Part shown: piece after piece, positions 21,353-31,419 of the stretch
Position numbering within the stretch: the stretch's first letter is position 1
How the letters are laid out: each line of letters opens with the position of its first letter
Assembly: GCA_963765765.1 (NCBI GenBank)
Contig: CAVXYC010000020.1
Span: 224,001-288,000, forward strand
Direction: 5' to 3'
Length of the DNA: 64,000 nt
From: an uncultured Chloroflexia bacterium
Lineage (GTDB): Bacteria; Chloroflexota; UBA6077; JACCZL01
Made by a program: the position numbers and the translations under genes
Notes under the pieces: generated by a model
The model's database searches: none
Told to the model about the DNA's origin: nothing
Seen by the model: only the letters and a program-made list of their open reading frames with translations

Positions 21353-22571
21353 TCAGGTGGTGTACAGGCTGTTTTCCTGGACGTAGCCTTCCGTAAGATC
21401 GCAACCCCAGGCCACCGCCTCATGCTCTCCCATGTGTAGGTCCACGTGGATGATGATCTCGGAACCTTGGAGGACCGTTCGGGCGGCCTCTATATCGAGT
21501 CCCAGAGCGCTGCCGCCACGGCAGACAGGGGCCTCGCCGATCGTTACGTCTACAGTCGTGGGATTCACAGTGACCGAGGTGTTCCCCATTGCACACAAGA
21601 TTCGGCCCCAGTTTGGGTCGGCGCCGTAAATCGCCGTCTTGACAAGGTTTGAGGCGACCACCGCGCGGGCGCCGAGCCGCGCCTCCATTGGTGAGCGGGC
21701 CCCCTTGACTCGAACCTCAAAGAACTTCGTCATGCCCTCGCCATCGCGCACGATGGCCGTCGCCAGAAACGTGCAGACCCTGCGCAGGCCCGCGGCGAAA
21801 CGGTAGGCGTCATCGCCATTTCGGATCGGCTCGTTGCCGGCCAGCCCATTGGCCAAGAGCATGACGGAGTCATTTGTGCTCGTATCGCGATCGATGGAGA
21901 TCATGTTGAACGTATCGTTCACGATGTCCAGGAGCACCTCGTGGGCAAAGTCTGGGTGAAGTGCCGCGTTTGTTGTAAGGAAGCAAAGCATCGTCGCCAT
22001 ATTAGGGATGGATCATCCCAGCGCCCTTGGTGGCCCCAGAAAGAATCACCGGGCCTGTCGATAGCGCAATCTCGACAGATATCTCCTTGGGTCGCGTGTC
22101 CGTAGTCATCATGGCGCGCGCTACAGCATGACCGGCACCGTCGGAAAGCTCAATCGCGTCGATACCGGCGCGTAGTTTGTCCATGTCCATGGGAACGCCA
22201 ATGACGCCGGTGGAGGCCACCAGGAACGTATCGACAGATTCGCCAATCTTGGCCGCTGCGCGCTCAGCCATCTCCAGCGCATCACGCAGGCCCTGCTCGC
22301 CAGTGCAGGCGTTAGCGTTGCCCGCGTTGAAGACGATACCGCGACCAAACGGTCGAGCAACGTGCTCACGGCTCACGGCCACGGGCGCCGCGGCAAAGCG
22401 ATTCTGAGTGAAGGTGGCGGCAATGACCACCGGCGCGTCTGACACAATCATCCCAACGTCGAGCTTGTCGGTACCGGGCGTCTTCACGCCGGCATACACG
22501 GCGCCGGCCTTGAATCCGGGCGTCGAGGTCACGCTTCCGTCGGGAAGCTCACGTACTACATCATCTGTCAT
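21353..22571 (-). CDS. argJ: Ornithine acetyltransferase ArgJ, read as two ORFs (22571-22002 and 22000-21353) split beside the autocleavage site
   Basis: GNANACTG, STGVIG, MTTDT, KGAGMIHP then TAA-T-ATG MATML, DTSTND, DGEG, NWGR, GCDLT; removing one C from CCC restores HPNMATML. Confidence 0.93.
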
Positions 22572-22654
22572 CGATGGCACCTTCGTTCGTATAGACGGCG
22601 CGGATGGCCAACGATGAGCTCCAGAACGCGTTGGCGGGTCCGCGCTAATGAGCG

Positions 22655-23683
22655 CTACGGATAGACGGCCAGCGCCTGCAGCCCGGCGTCCTCGGGGAAT
22701 CCGAGCATCAAATTCATGTTCTGCACGGCTTGGCCGGCTGCGCCCTTCACGAGATTGTCCAGGCATGACAGCACCATGACCCGGCCCGTCTTCTCATCCA
22801 CACGCGGATGAACGATGCAGTGATTGCTACCAAGCGTGTGTTTCGTCTGTGGTGAAGCCCCAACCACGCGCGTGAATGGCGTCTCGGCGTAGAAAGACTC
22901 GTACAGTCGAGTCAAGTCTTCCTGCGACACCGGGCTCATCAACCTCGCATAGCAGGTATCAAGAATTCCTCGTGTCATCGGAACGAGATGCGGCACAAAG
23001 GTGATCTCCAGCGGGTCCGAATCCAGGCCAGCGCTCGAGCGAAGTAGCCCTAGCTCCTGCTCCATCTCCGGGAGATGCCTATGCCCCTTTAATCCGTAGG
23101 CGGAGCAATTCTCATTGATCTCGTTGAAGTTGTACTCAACTTTTGACGATCGTCCTGCACCTGAGATGCCAGTCTTTCCGTCGATGATCACACCGGGCTC
23201 GATCAGATGGGCAATCGGCGCTAAGCCGAGAATCGCCGCCGTGGAGAAGCACCCCGGATTTGCTACCAACCGGGCTTTGCGAATCTTCTCCGCGTGGAGC
23301 TCTGGGATGCCGAAGGCCGCCTCGGGAATCAGGTGTGGCGCAGGATGCTCACCGTACCAGTGCTCATAAAGCGGGACGTCCTTTAGTCGAAAGTCGGCTG
23401 AGATGTCCACTGCCTTCGGAACGCGATCCAGCAGGGCAGGCATGATTTCCGCAGTGGCATGGTGTGGGAGCGCGGCAATGACGAAGTCGACCTCACCAAC
23501 CTCTGGAAGGATCTCCCGGTCAACGGGCCCAAGGTGAGGGAAGACCGACTCGAGCTGTTGGCCAGCAGCGCTCCGGCCCGTTACACAGGCCACCTCGACG
23601 TGAGGGTGGTTTGCCAGAATGCGCGCCGTCTCAGCGCCGGCATAGCCCGTCACGTTGACTATTCCAACGCGCGTTGCAGTCAT
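22655..23683 (-). CDS. argC: N-acetyl-gamma-glutamyl-phosphate reductase
   Basis: TGYAG, ALPH, DISADFR, NPGC, GISGAGR, HRHLPE, DNLVKGAAGQAVQNMN. Confidence 0.96.
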   Translation of the reverse strand: MTATRVGIVNVTGYAGAETARILANHPHVEVACVTGRSAAGQQLESVFPHLGPVDREILPEVGEVDFVIAALPHHATAEIMPALLDRVPKAVDISADFRLKDVPLYEHWYGEHPAPHLIPEAAFGIPELHAEKIRKARLVANPGCFSTAAILGLAPIAHLIEPGVIIDGKTGISGAGRSSKVEYNFNEINENCSAYGLKGHRHLPEMEQELGLLRSSAGLDSDPLEITFVPHLVPMTRGILDTCYARLMSPVSQEDLTRLYESFYAETPFTRVVGASPQTKHTLGSNHCIVHPRVDEKTGRVMVLSCLDNLVKGAAGQAVQNMNLMLGFPEDAGLQALAVYP

Positions 23684-23706
23684 ATCGCTCTCCCGGGAAT
23701 CGCTGG

Positions 23707-23753
23707 ATTATAGCAAAGCGATTATCTGGCCCCACCGGAACCCATGGTATACT
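23707..23753. promoter_or_regulatory. Two extended -10 elements in the argC / site-2 protease intergenic region
   Basis: Minus strand TGCTATAAT (23715-23707) ahead of argC; plus strand TGGTATACT (23745-23753) ahead of ATG 23765. Confidence 0.55.
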
Positions 23754-23764
23754 CCGATCCAACA

Positions 23765-24478
23765 ATGAATAGATATTCACAGCGCGATATCCTCATTCTC
23801 GCGGGCGTCGCGCTTCTCTTTCTCTGGCAAACAGGTCTAGGTCGGCAAGCGCTTTCCAACCCCGCGAGTTTGCTGGTAAGCATCCTGGCTCTCGCCATCG
23901 CCATTACCGTCCATGAAGCCAATCATGCTTGGGTTGCAACTTTATTAGGAGATCCGACTCCACGCTTGATGGGGCGGGTCAGCCTAAATCCGATGCGCCA
24001 TCTTGACCCTATGGGAACGCTGATGATCTTCGTGGCTCACTTCGGTTGGGGGAAGCCGGTGATGTTCAACCCCTGGAACCTCAAGGTCAATCCACACATC
24101 GGATCCGCCATGGTCGCCTTCGCCGGACCTGTGGCGAATATCGCGACAGCGATCTTTTTTCTCATTCCACTTCGATTCCAGTCTTCCGTTGATCCCCAGC
24201 TCGGAGAGCTCATACAGCAAGTTGTCAGACTCAACATCAGTCTCGCGGCGTTCAATCTGATCCCAATTCCGCCATTGGACGGCTTCAGCGTGGTGACCGG
24301 TGTACTGCCACGCCCGATTGCGGTCATATTCGAACCGCTGCGTCAGTATGGATTCATCATTCTCCTGGCGTTGCTGTTTATACCGATGCTTGGCGGTCCT
24401 GATATCCTAGGCGCCATGCTGCGGCCCATCATCACACTTGTCAGTAGCTTTGTTCGCACTGTCGCGCTCGGAACGTAG
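23765..24478 (+). CDS. Site-2 protease (M50 family, YwhC-like)
   Basis: HEANH zinc motif, GDPTP, LNPMRHLDP, AGPVAN, FNLIPIPPLDG. Confidence 0.92.
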   Translation: MNRYSQRDILILAGVALLFLWQTGLGRQALSNPASLLVSILALAIAITVHEANHAWVATLLGDPTPRLMGRVSLNPMRHLDPMGTLMIFVAHFGWGKPVMFNPWNLKVNPHIGSAMVAFAGPVANIATAIFFLIPLRFQSSVDPQLGELIQQVVRLNISLAAFNLIPIPPLDGFSVVTGVLPRPIAVIFEPLRQYGFIILLALLFIPMLGGPDILGAMLRPIITLVSSFVRTVALGT

Positions 24479-24481
24479 AAC

Positions 24482-25453
24482 GTGGCGGCGGGTGATTTTC
24501 AGCGGGTCACGATCATCGGCACCGGACTTATTGGAGCCTCGCTCGGATTAGCCATCCGCGAGGCCTCCCCTGGTGCTCGGATCACCGGCTTTGAGCTTGG
24601 GGCGGATGCTCAGCGCACCGCGGCGCGACTGAAGGCCGTGGACAAGTTTGCTCCCAGCCTTCCACACGCAGTCCGCGATGCGGAGCTGGTGATTGTGGCC
24701 ACGCCTGTCCGCACGATCCAATTTATCTTTCGTGAGATGCGCGACGATCTTCCACCAGGCGTTCTCGTTACCGACACCGCCAGTACTAAGGCTCAAGTCC
24801 TGAGCTGGGCGCAGGAGATCCTTCCAGCCCATGTCTCATTTGTCGGCGGGCATCCGATGACTGGACGGCTCACCTCGGGTAACGACGATCCCGTGGGCAC
24901 GCTCTTTCAACAGACGATCTTTTGTGTGGTTCCATCGGCCACCGCGGATGCATCCCTCGTCCAGCGATTTGTTAGCCTGGCGGAATCGATAGGCTCCGTC
25001 CCCTACTTTGTGGATGCCGCGGAACATGATGGGCTCGTCGCCGGAATAAGCCACCTTCCCTACCTCGTCTCGACCATGCTGATGCGGAGTATCGCCGAGG
25101 ATGGCGGATGGCGTGAGATGCGTACGCTGGCGGCTGGCGGATTCGCCACGGCCACGCAGCTCGCGGCTGGTAACCCAACCATGTACACAGATATCTGCCT
25201 GACCAACCGCGAACCGGTAGTGCGTCAGCTAGACCAGTACATCGAGCGCCTGCAAGACCTACGGAGAAGGATTGACCAGGGCGACGAATCGATCCGGGAT
25301 GAGTTCATGGAGGCATCGGTGGCGCGGGAGGTCTGGCTGAACACGCCGCCCGATTCGGACACCCTGCCAGCTACGTCCGAGCTCCGCGGGCCGAATATCT
25401 TCTCGGCCGGCAAGCTTGGCGATCTCATTCGTGGGCGCCGACCCGAGCGGTAG
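24482..25453 (+). CDS. tyrA: Prephenate/arogenate dehydrogenase
   Basis: GTGLIG Rossmann motif, DTASTK, GGHPM, HDGLVAGISHLP; no ACT domain seen. Confidence 0.9.
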   Translation: MAAGDFQRVTIIGTGLIGASLGLAIREASPGARITGFELGADAQRTAARLKAVDKFAPSLPHAVRDAELVIVATPVRTIQFIFREMRDDLPPGVLVTDTASTKAQVLSWAQEILPAHVSFVGGHPMTGRLTSGNDDPVGTLFQQTIFCVVPSATADASLVQRFVSLAESIGSVPYFVDAAEHDGLVAGISHLPYLVSTMLMRSIAEDGGWREMRTLAAGGFATATQLAAGNPTMYTDICLTNREPVVRQLDQYIERLQDLRRRIDQGDESIRDEFMEASVAREVWLNTPPDSDTLPATSELRGPNIFSAGKLGDLIRGRRPER

Positions 25454-25510
25454 CCGGACCCGGACCAGCCAGCTCTGGTCCTCGGGATATTTCCAGCGAG
25501 GAATTCCGTC

Positions 25511-25590
25511 CGCCAATCGCATCCATTAACCGGCCTCCGAGTCGCACGTGAGTAGGCGATTTCGAGGCTGGTTGATGGATGCGATTGGTG
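25511..25590 (+). ncRNA. Candidate structured RNA: 35-bp stem-loop
   Basis: 25511-25545 pairs with 25556-25590 with 29 Watson-Crick pairs, 5 G-U pairs and 1 C-C mismatch; wobbles work only on the + strand. Confidence 0.5.
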
Positions 25591-25644
25591 TCTGACTCTA
25601 TCCGCGGGGGAACCGCACCCTCATGGGATGCGGATCTGGACGAC

Positions 25645-25678
25645 AAGAAGGGGCGAGCCCAAGCGGCTCGCCCCTTTT
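25645..25678. terminator. Bidirectional intrinsic terminator between tyrA and rplL
   Basis: AAGGGGCGAGCC-CAAGC-GGCTCGCCCCTT hairpin with U-rich tails on both strands. Confidence 0.8.
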
Positions 25679-25707
25679 CGCAGGCCAGGAACGCCAGGAG
25701 GCGTTCC

Positions 25708-26085
25708 TTACTTGACGTCTACCGTTGCGCCGGCTTCGCGCAGCTTGGCCGCGGTGGCTTCGGCGACATCCTTCGCAACGCCTTCCTGGACAGGCTTTGG
25801 GGCTGCCTCAACGAGGTCCTTGGCCTCTTTCAGGCCCAGGCTCGTGATCTCACGGACCACCTTGATGACCGCGATCTTGTTGGCGCCGAACTCCGTCAGA
25901 ACAACGTTGAACTCGGTCTGTTCTTCGGCAGGCGCCGCGGCAGCCACGGGCGCTGCCGCCGCGGCTGGTGCCGCAGCCACCGCCGCGGAGACACCGAACC
26001 GATCTTCGAGCGCCTTGACGAGATCAGCCAGCTCCAGGACGGAGAGTTTCTCGATCGACTCAATCAGTTCTTCTTTGGTTGCCAT
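25708..26085 (-). CDS. rplL: 50S ribosomal protein L7/L12
   Basis: [21 protein letters not shown], Ala hinge, [17 protein letters not shown]. Confidence 0.98.
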   Translation of the reverse strand: MATKEELIESIEKLSVLELADLVKALEDRFGVSAAVAAAPAAAAAPVAAAAPAEEQTEFNVVLTEFGANKIAVIKVVREITSLGLKEAKDLVEAAPKPVQEGVAKDVAEATAAKLREAGATVDVK

Positions 26086-26144
26086 ACTTCAGTCTCCCTT
26101 GCTTCCAAGTGCCGCCCGGTGAAATCCGAGCAGTTGAAACGGCG

Positions 26145-26675
26145 TTACGCCGCGTTACCTTCCTCGAGCTGTCGTCGTCGTGCATCGAGCACCCCAACCA
26201 GATTTCTGGTCACGCCGTTCAATACATTGACGAGTCCCGCTATGGGGCCTTTCATGCCACCGAGCACCTGCGCGATCAAGACCTCGCGACTTGGCAGCTC
26301 GGCGAGCCGTGTGACTTCTTCAGGACCGATCCGTCGATCACCCAACAGTGCTCCACGCACCTGAAGGATTCGCGACGTGCGGGCAAATTCTGAAACGATC
26401 TTGGCCACCGCGACCGGATCGTCGTACGCAAATGCGATGGCAGTTGGCCCAATGAGGTCTTCTTTAATCGCTTCGCTTCCGGATTTGTCAGCGGCAAACC
26501 GTGTAAGCGTATTCTTGCTCACACGGTATTCGACACCCGCTTCCCGCAGTCTGCCTCGAAACGCAACCATGTCTCCGACATTCAAGCCGCGATAGTCGGT
26601 AACAACAGCGATACTACTTCGGGTGAAGCGATCCGCAAGCTCTTCTACTTCCTGGACTTTTTCAGGACGCGCCAC
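26145..26675 (-). CDS. rplJ: 50S ribosomal protein L10
   Basis: DYRGL, KNTL, GPTAIAF, LAELPSREVL; GAGGAGGTGA SD. Confidence 0.97.
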   Translation of the reverse strand: MARPEKVQEVEELADRFTRSSIAVVTDYRGLNVGDMVAFRGRLREAGVEYRVSKNTLTRFAADKSGSEAIKEDLIGPTAIAFAYDDPVAVAKIVSEFARTSRILQVRGALLGDRRIGPEEVTRLAELPSREVLIAQVLGGMKGPIAGLVNVLNGVTRNLVGVLDARRRQLEEGNAA

Positions 26676-26690
26676 TCAATCACCTCCTCT

Positions 26691-26845
26691 CAACAAAAAT
26701 TTTGGCCTTCAGCTTCCGAAGCTGAAGGCCAACCATCGTCAATGAGGGAACATGACGAATAATTAATCCTTCAAGCCTCGGCAGGTAGACTGATTAAGTC
26801 CGATTCCACGGACACCCGCTGTCTGCAGCCTGATGACTATTCAAT
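26691..26845 (-). promoter_or_regulatory. L10 leader (rplJL autoregulatory RNA) followed by an attenuator-like terminator
   Basis: Minus strand AGACAGCGGGTG...TTAAT...CCTGCCGAGG core of the L10 leader, then TTGGCCTTCAGCTT-CGG-AAGCTGAAGGCCAA and AATTTTTGTT before the rplJ SD. Confidence 0.82.
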
Positions 26846-26877
26846 TGTGAGCGCTTCAGAAGAATCGCTGGATCGAT

Positions 26878-27585
26878 CTACGCGGCGATGGCCAGCGTTG
26901 GCTGGACATCGAGTTTAATTCCAGGGCCCATCGTGCTGCTGATCGAAATCGAACGGATGTAGACGCCCTTGGCACCGCTCGGCTTTGCACGCACTACCGC
27001 GTCAATCGCGGCGGCAAGATTATCTTTGATTTGATCGGCGCTGAAGCTCACCTTGCCCAGCGGCATGTGAATGACACCGGTGCGGTCCAGGCGGAACTCT
27101 ACCCTACCACCCTTGTATTCGCTAACAACACGCCCAATGCCGTCCTTCACTACCGTGCCGGTGCGGGGATTAGGCATCAGCCCTCGGGGACCAAGGACTC
27201 GACCGAGCCGACCAACGAAGTTCATTACGTCTTCCGAGGCAACCGCGACATCGAAGTCGAGCCAGCCTTCCTGGACGCGCTTGACTAGCTCCTCACCACC
27301 AGCTTCGTCTGCGCCGGCCGCCAGCGCTTCACGCGCGAGATCGCCTGTAGCAAAGGCGATGACCCGGCGAGTCTTGCCCGTTCCATGTGGCAGCGTAGCG
27401 GCGTCTCGAACAATCTGATCCGCGTGGCGCGGGTCAAGCCCAGTTCGAATGTGTACTTCAACCGACTCGTCGAACTTCGCGGGCGCAAGCTCCTTTACCA
27501 GCGAAACTGCCTCGGCCGGATCGTAGAGCTTGTCTCGATCCAGTTTCTCCGCGGCCTGTCGGTATTTCTTTCCATGCTCTGGCAT
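26878..27585 (-). CDS. rplA: 50S ribosomal protein L1
   Basis: KFDESVE, LPHGTGK, LGPRGLMPNP, SSTMGPG. Confidence 0.98.
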   Translation of the reverse strand: MPEHGKKYRQAAEKLDRDKLYDPAEAVSLVKELAPAKFDESVEVHIRTGLDPRHADQIVRDAATLPHGTGKTRRVIAFATGDLAREALAAGADEAGGEELVKRVQEGWLDFDVAVASEDVMNFVGRLGRVLGPRGLMPNPRTGTVVKDGIGRVVSEYKGGRVEFRLDRTGVIHMPLGKVSFSADQIKDNLAAAIDAVVRAKPSGAKGVYIRSISISSTMGPGIKLDVQPTLAIAA

Positions 27586-27633
27586 TACTTCTCCTAACGA
27601 GCGCTCGACTTCAGGTAGTCGGACCGCTCTCCC

Positions 27634-28059
27634 TCACTTCTCCACCCCGATACCCATGCTCCGAGCTGATCCTTCGATCATGCGCTCGGCAGCCTCGAGA
27701 TTCGCGGCGTTGAGGTCTTTCATTTTCATCTGCGCGATTTCGCGCACCTTATCGCGACTCAGCGTAGCAACGCTGCCGCGGCCAGGAGTGGTCGCTGCCT
27801 TCTCAACCCCGGCCGCCTTCTTGATCAAGTCAGAAGCCGGCGGCGTCTTGAGAGTGAACGCGAACGAACGATCCTCAAAGATCGTGATCTCAACGGGAAC
27901 AACGTTGCCCATCTGGGCGGCCGTCTTCTCGTTGTAGTCCTTTACGAACTGCATGATGTTGACGCCGTGCTGGCCCAGCGCCGGACCCACCGGCGGAGCA
28001 GGCGTCGCCTTGCCGGCGTCAATCTGCAGTTTGACCATTGCGCGAACTTTTTTTGCCAT
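27634..28059 (-). CDS. rplK: 50S ribosomal protein L11
   Basis: [33 protein letters not shown]. Confidence 0.98.
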   Translation of the reverse strand: MAKKVRAMVKLQIDAGKATPAPPVGPALGQHGVNIMQFVKDYNEKTAAQMGNVVPVEITIFEDRSFAFTLKTPPASDLIKKAAGVEKAATTPGRGSVATLSRDKVREIAQMKMKDLNAANLEAAERMIEGSARSMGIGVEK

Positions 28060-28086
28060 CGTTCAGTCGTCTCCGTGATTACGCGC

Positions 28087-28118
28087 AAAGACGCGATGGG
28101 ATAGACCATCGCGTCTTT
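28087..28118 (-). terminator. Terminator-like hairpin after nusG
   Basis: Perfect 13-bp stem AAAGACGCGATGG / CCATCGCGTCTTT; short U tail. Confidence 0.6.
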
Positions 28119-28132
28119 CTAGCGCTCTTGTT

Positions 28133-28774
28133 CTATGTGATTCGCGAGACCTGGAGGAAGTCAAGCTCCACGGGCGTCTCGCGGCCGAAGAACGACACCA
28201 GCACGCGCACTTTGCCCTTCTCGGCATTGATATCGTCAACGATCCCAATGAAATCAGTGAACGGTCCATCCACAACCTTGACCCGTTCGCCCTTGGAGAA
28301 GCTGACCTTGACTTTCGGCGCTTCCACCCTCATTTGCTTGAGGATCGCTTTGACTTCGTCATCCTCCAGCGGGGTAGGACGATTTCCTGAGCCAACGAAT
28401 CCAGTGACCCCGGGCGTATTCCGCACCACGTACCAGGCGTCATCACCCATAACAAGCTCAACTAGCACATAGCCGGGGAAAACCTTACGCTGCACCGTGC
28501 GGCGTTGACCGTCCTTGATCTCAATCTCTTCCTCGGTTGGGATGACCACCTGGAAGATTTGATCCTGGACGCCCATGGATGCGATGCGGTGCTCGAGGTT
28601 CATCTTCACTTTGTTCTCATAACCTGAGTACGTGTGAATGACGAACCAACGCCGTCCATCGGTTGGCTCTTCTGGTTCTACGTCAGACTGGTCGCTGTCA
28701 ACGACGCCGCCATCAGCGGTTACTTCTGCCTGTTCGAGCTCGTCGTCAGCCACTGTTGCGCGAGGATTGTCCAT
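28133..28774 (-). CDS. nusG: Transcription factor NusG with acidic N-terminal extension
   Basis: WFVIHTYSGYENKV, FPGYVLV, VRNTPGVTGFVG, KOW DGPF, FFGRETPVELDF. Confidence 0.97.
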   Translation of the reverse strand: MDNPRATVADDELEQAEVTADGGVVDSDQSDVEPEEPTDGRRWFVIHTYSGYENKVKMNLEHRIASMGVQDQIFQVVIPTEEEIEIKDGQRRTVQRKVFPGYVLVELVMGDDAWYVVRNTPGVTGFVGSGNRPTPLEDDEVKAILKQMRVEAPKVKVSFSKGERVKVVDGPFTDFIGIVDDINAEKGKVRVLVSFFGRETPVELDFLQVSRIT

Positions 28775-28777
28775 GGC

Positions 28778-29077
28778 TCAGATTCCCTGGCCTGCCAGCC
28801 GGAGCAGCAGGCGGAAGAACTCCTGAAAAATGAAGTCGATAGCTCCCAAAAACGCCCCCACGACGGCGGAGATGGCAAGCACGACTAACGTAAGGTTCGT
28901 CCATTCTCGTCGCGACGGCCAGATCACCTTGCGAATCTCAGAGCGAAGGTCACGGACGTAGTTCGTGATCCCCGCCTGCTGCGATCCGAACGGGCGACGT
29001 GCAACCGGTCCGGGCGCCTTGGGTCGCTTGGTACTCACAGTTGTCTGCTGACGCGGCGCAGTCTTGACCTGCGACAC
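28778..29077 (-). CDS. secE: Preprotein translocase subunit SecE
   Basis: EIRKVIWPSRRE plus one TM helix; between tRNA-Trp and nusG. Confidence 0.93.
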   Translation of the reverse strand: MSQVKTAPRQQTTVSTKRPKAPGPVARRPFGSQQAGITNYVRDLRSEIRKVIWPSRREWTNLTLVVLAISAVVGAFLGAIDFIFQEFFRLLLRLAGQGI

Positions 29078-29119
29078 ACTACCCCTTCCGAAATTCCCCG
29101 AAAATGAACCGTACTACGG

Positions 29120-29195
<76 letters not shown>

Positions 29196-29250
29196 ATGCT
29201 TGCCCCGAGAGACAGAGGCACATGGGCCTGGGCAACGTGGGGAACACTGT

Positions 29251-29280
29251 CTTATACCACGCCGGCCAGAGAGCCTACAA
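29251..29280 (-). promoter_or_regulatory. Putative sigma70 promoter for tRNA-Trp-secE-nusG
   Basis: TTGTAG-N18-TATAAG with extended TG. Confidence 0.5.
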
Positions 29281-29298
29281 CACGCTAGCCAGCCCAGT

Positions 29299-29397
29299 GC
29301 GTTCTGAAGTGCGAACTCGGACCGCCGCTTTCTCAGAGATGTCAGATTCAGTCTGGATATCTAGAGAGCGGCCATTCTTGCCCGGACTTCAGAACGC
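29299..29397. repeat. 99-nt imperfect inverted repeat between rpmG and tRNA-Trp
   Basis: Perfect outer 12-bp GCGTTCTGAAGT/ACTTCAGAACGC; inner stems GCCGCTTTCT/AGAGAGCGGC and AGATGTCAGA/TCTGGATATCT. Confidence 0.6.
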
Positions 29398-29421
29398 TTT
29401 GCGCCGACTGTGGTTCCAGTA

Positions 29422-29586
29422 CTATCGCGTCTCGCGATGCGGCTGATACGCCCGACAACGTGGACAGAACTTGCGAAGCTGGAGCCGATCAGGATCGTTT
29501 CGCTTGTTTTTCTCTGTGTGATATGTACGCTCTCGACACTGCTCGCACGCAAGTGTGATGAGCTGTCGGTCGGCTTTTTTCGCCAT
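29422..29586 (-). CDS. rpmG: 50S ribosomal protein L33, Zn-binding form, 54 aa (below the ORF-track cutoff)
   Basis: Manual translation [54 protein letters not shown]; AGGAG SD. Confidence 0.96.
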   Translation of the reverse strand: MAKKADRQLITLACEQCRERTYHTEKNKRNDPDRLQLRKFCPRCRAYQPHRETR

Positions 29587-29602
29587 TCAGGGCTCCTCGC
29601 TG

Positions 29603-30803
<1,201 letters not shown>

Positions 30804-30908
30804 TGCCTCTACCCCTTGCGATGATCATAATGGCGACCCGGCGGACCGACCGTCCGATTCGCCGTTGCCTCTACCCTTACACAACAAAGACCGCGACATG
30901 GCGGCCAA

Positions 30909-30987
<79 letters not shown>

Positions 30988-31013
30988 AGCGCTGCCAGGC
31001 TCTGACTCTTATG

Positions 31014-31101
31014 TGGTGGTGGGAGCAGGATTCGAACCTGCGTACCCCGTCAGGGGACCGATTTTACAGACCGGCGCCATTAACCACTCGGCCATCCCAC
31101 C
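31014..31101 (-). tRNA. tRNA-Tyr (GTA)
   Basis: GGTGGGA..., anticodon loop CTGTAAA, long variable arm, CCA end. Confidence 0.96.
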
Positions 31102-31109
31102 GTGAATAC

Positions 31110-31184
31110 TGGAGCCGACGACAGGAATCGAACCCGCAACCTGCGGTTTACAAAACCGCTGCTCTACCGTTGAGCTACGTCGGC
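31110..31184 (-). tRNA. tRNA-Thr (TGT)
   Basis: GCCGACG..., anticodon loop TTTGTAA, CCA end. Confidence 0.96.
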
Positions 31185-31266
31185 CCGAACCGTCGCCATT
31201 CGCGCTCAGCACCCGTACTCGGACAGGTCGAGAGCACACGCATACAGCGCTCCGGCGCGCCAAATC

Positions 31267-31295
31267 ATGATACCAAACGCCCCGTGGGGCGGCAA
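31267..31295 (-). promoter_or_regulatory. Sigma70 promoter of the tRNA-tuf operon
   Basis: TTGCCG-N17-TATCAT with extended TG. Confidence 0.7.
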
Positions 31296-31323
31296 CGAAG
31301 GGAGCTCCAAAAGAACGTCCTAC

Positions 31324-31406
31324 GTAGCACGGGGCTTGCCCCCTGTGCCTAGAAATCTCACTCGCGGGCGGATGTCTCTAGGCACGAGGGACAAGCCCCG
31401 TGCTAC
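31324..31406. repeat. REPIN-like element: two inverted GTAG-type REPs
   Basis: GTAGCACGGGGCTTGCCCCCTGTGCCTAGA versus reverse-complemented right arm GTAGCACGGGGCTTGTCCCTCGTGCCTAGA (27/30 identical); each arm is palindromic; 23-nt spacer. Confidence 0.8.
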
Positions 31407-31419
31407 CAATTCCGAGCGG

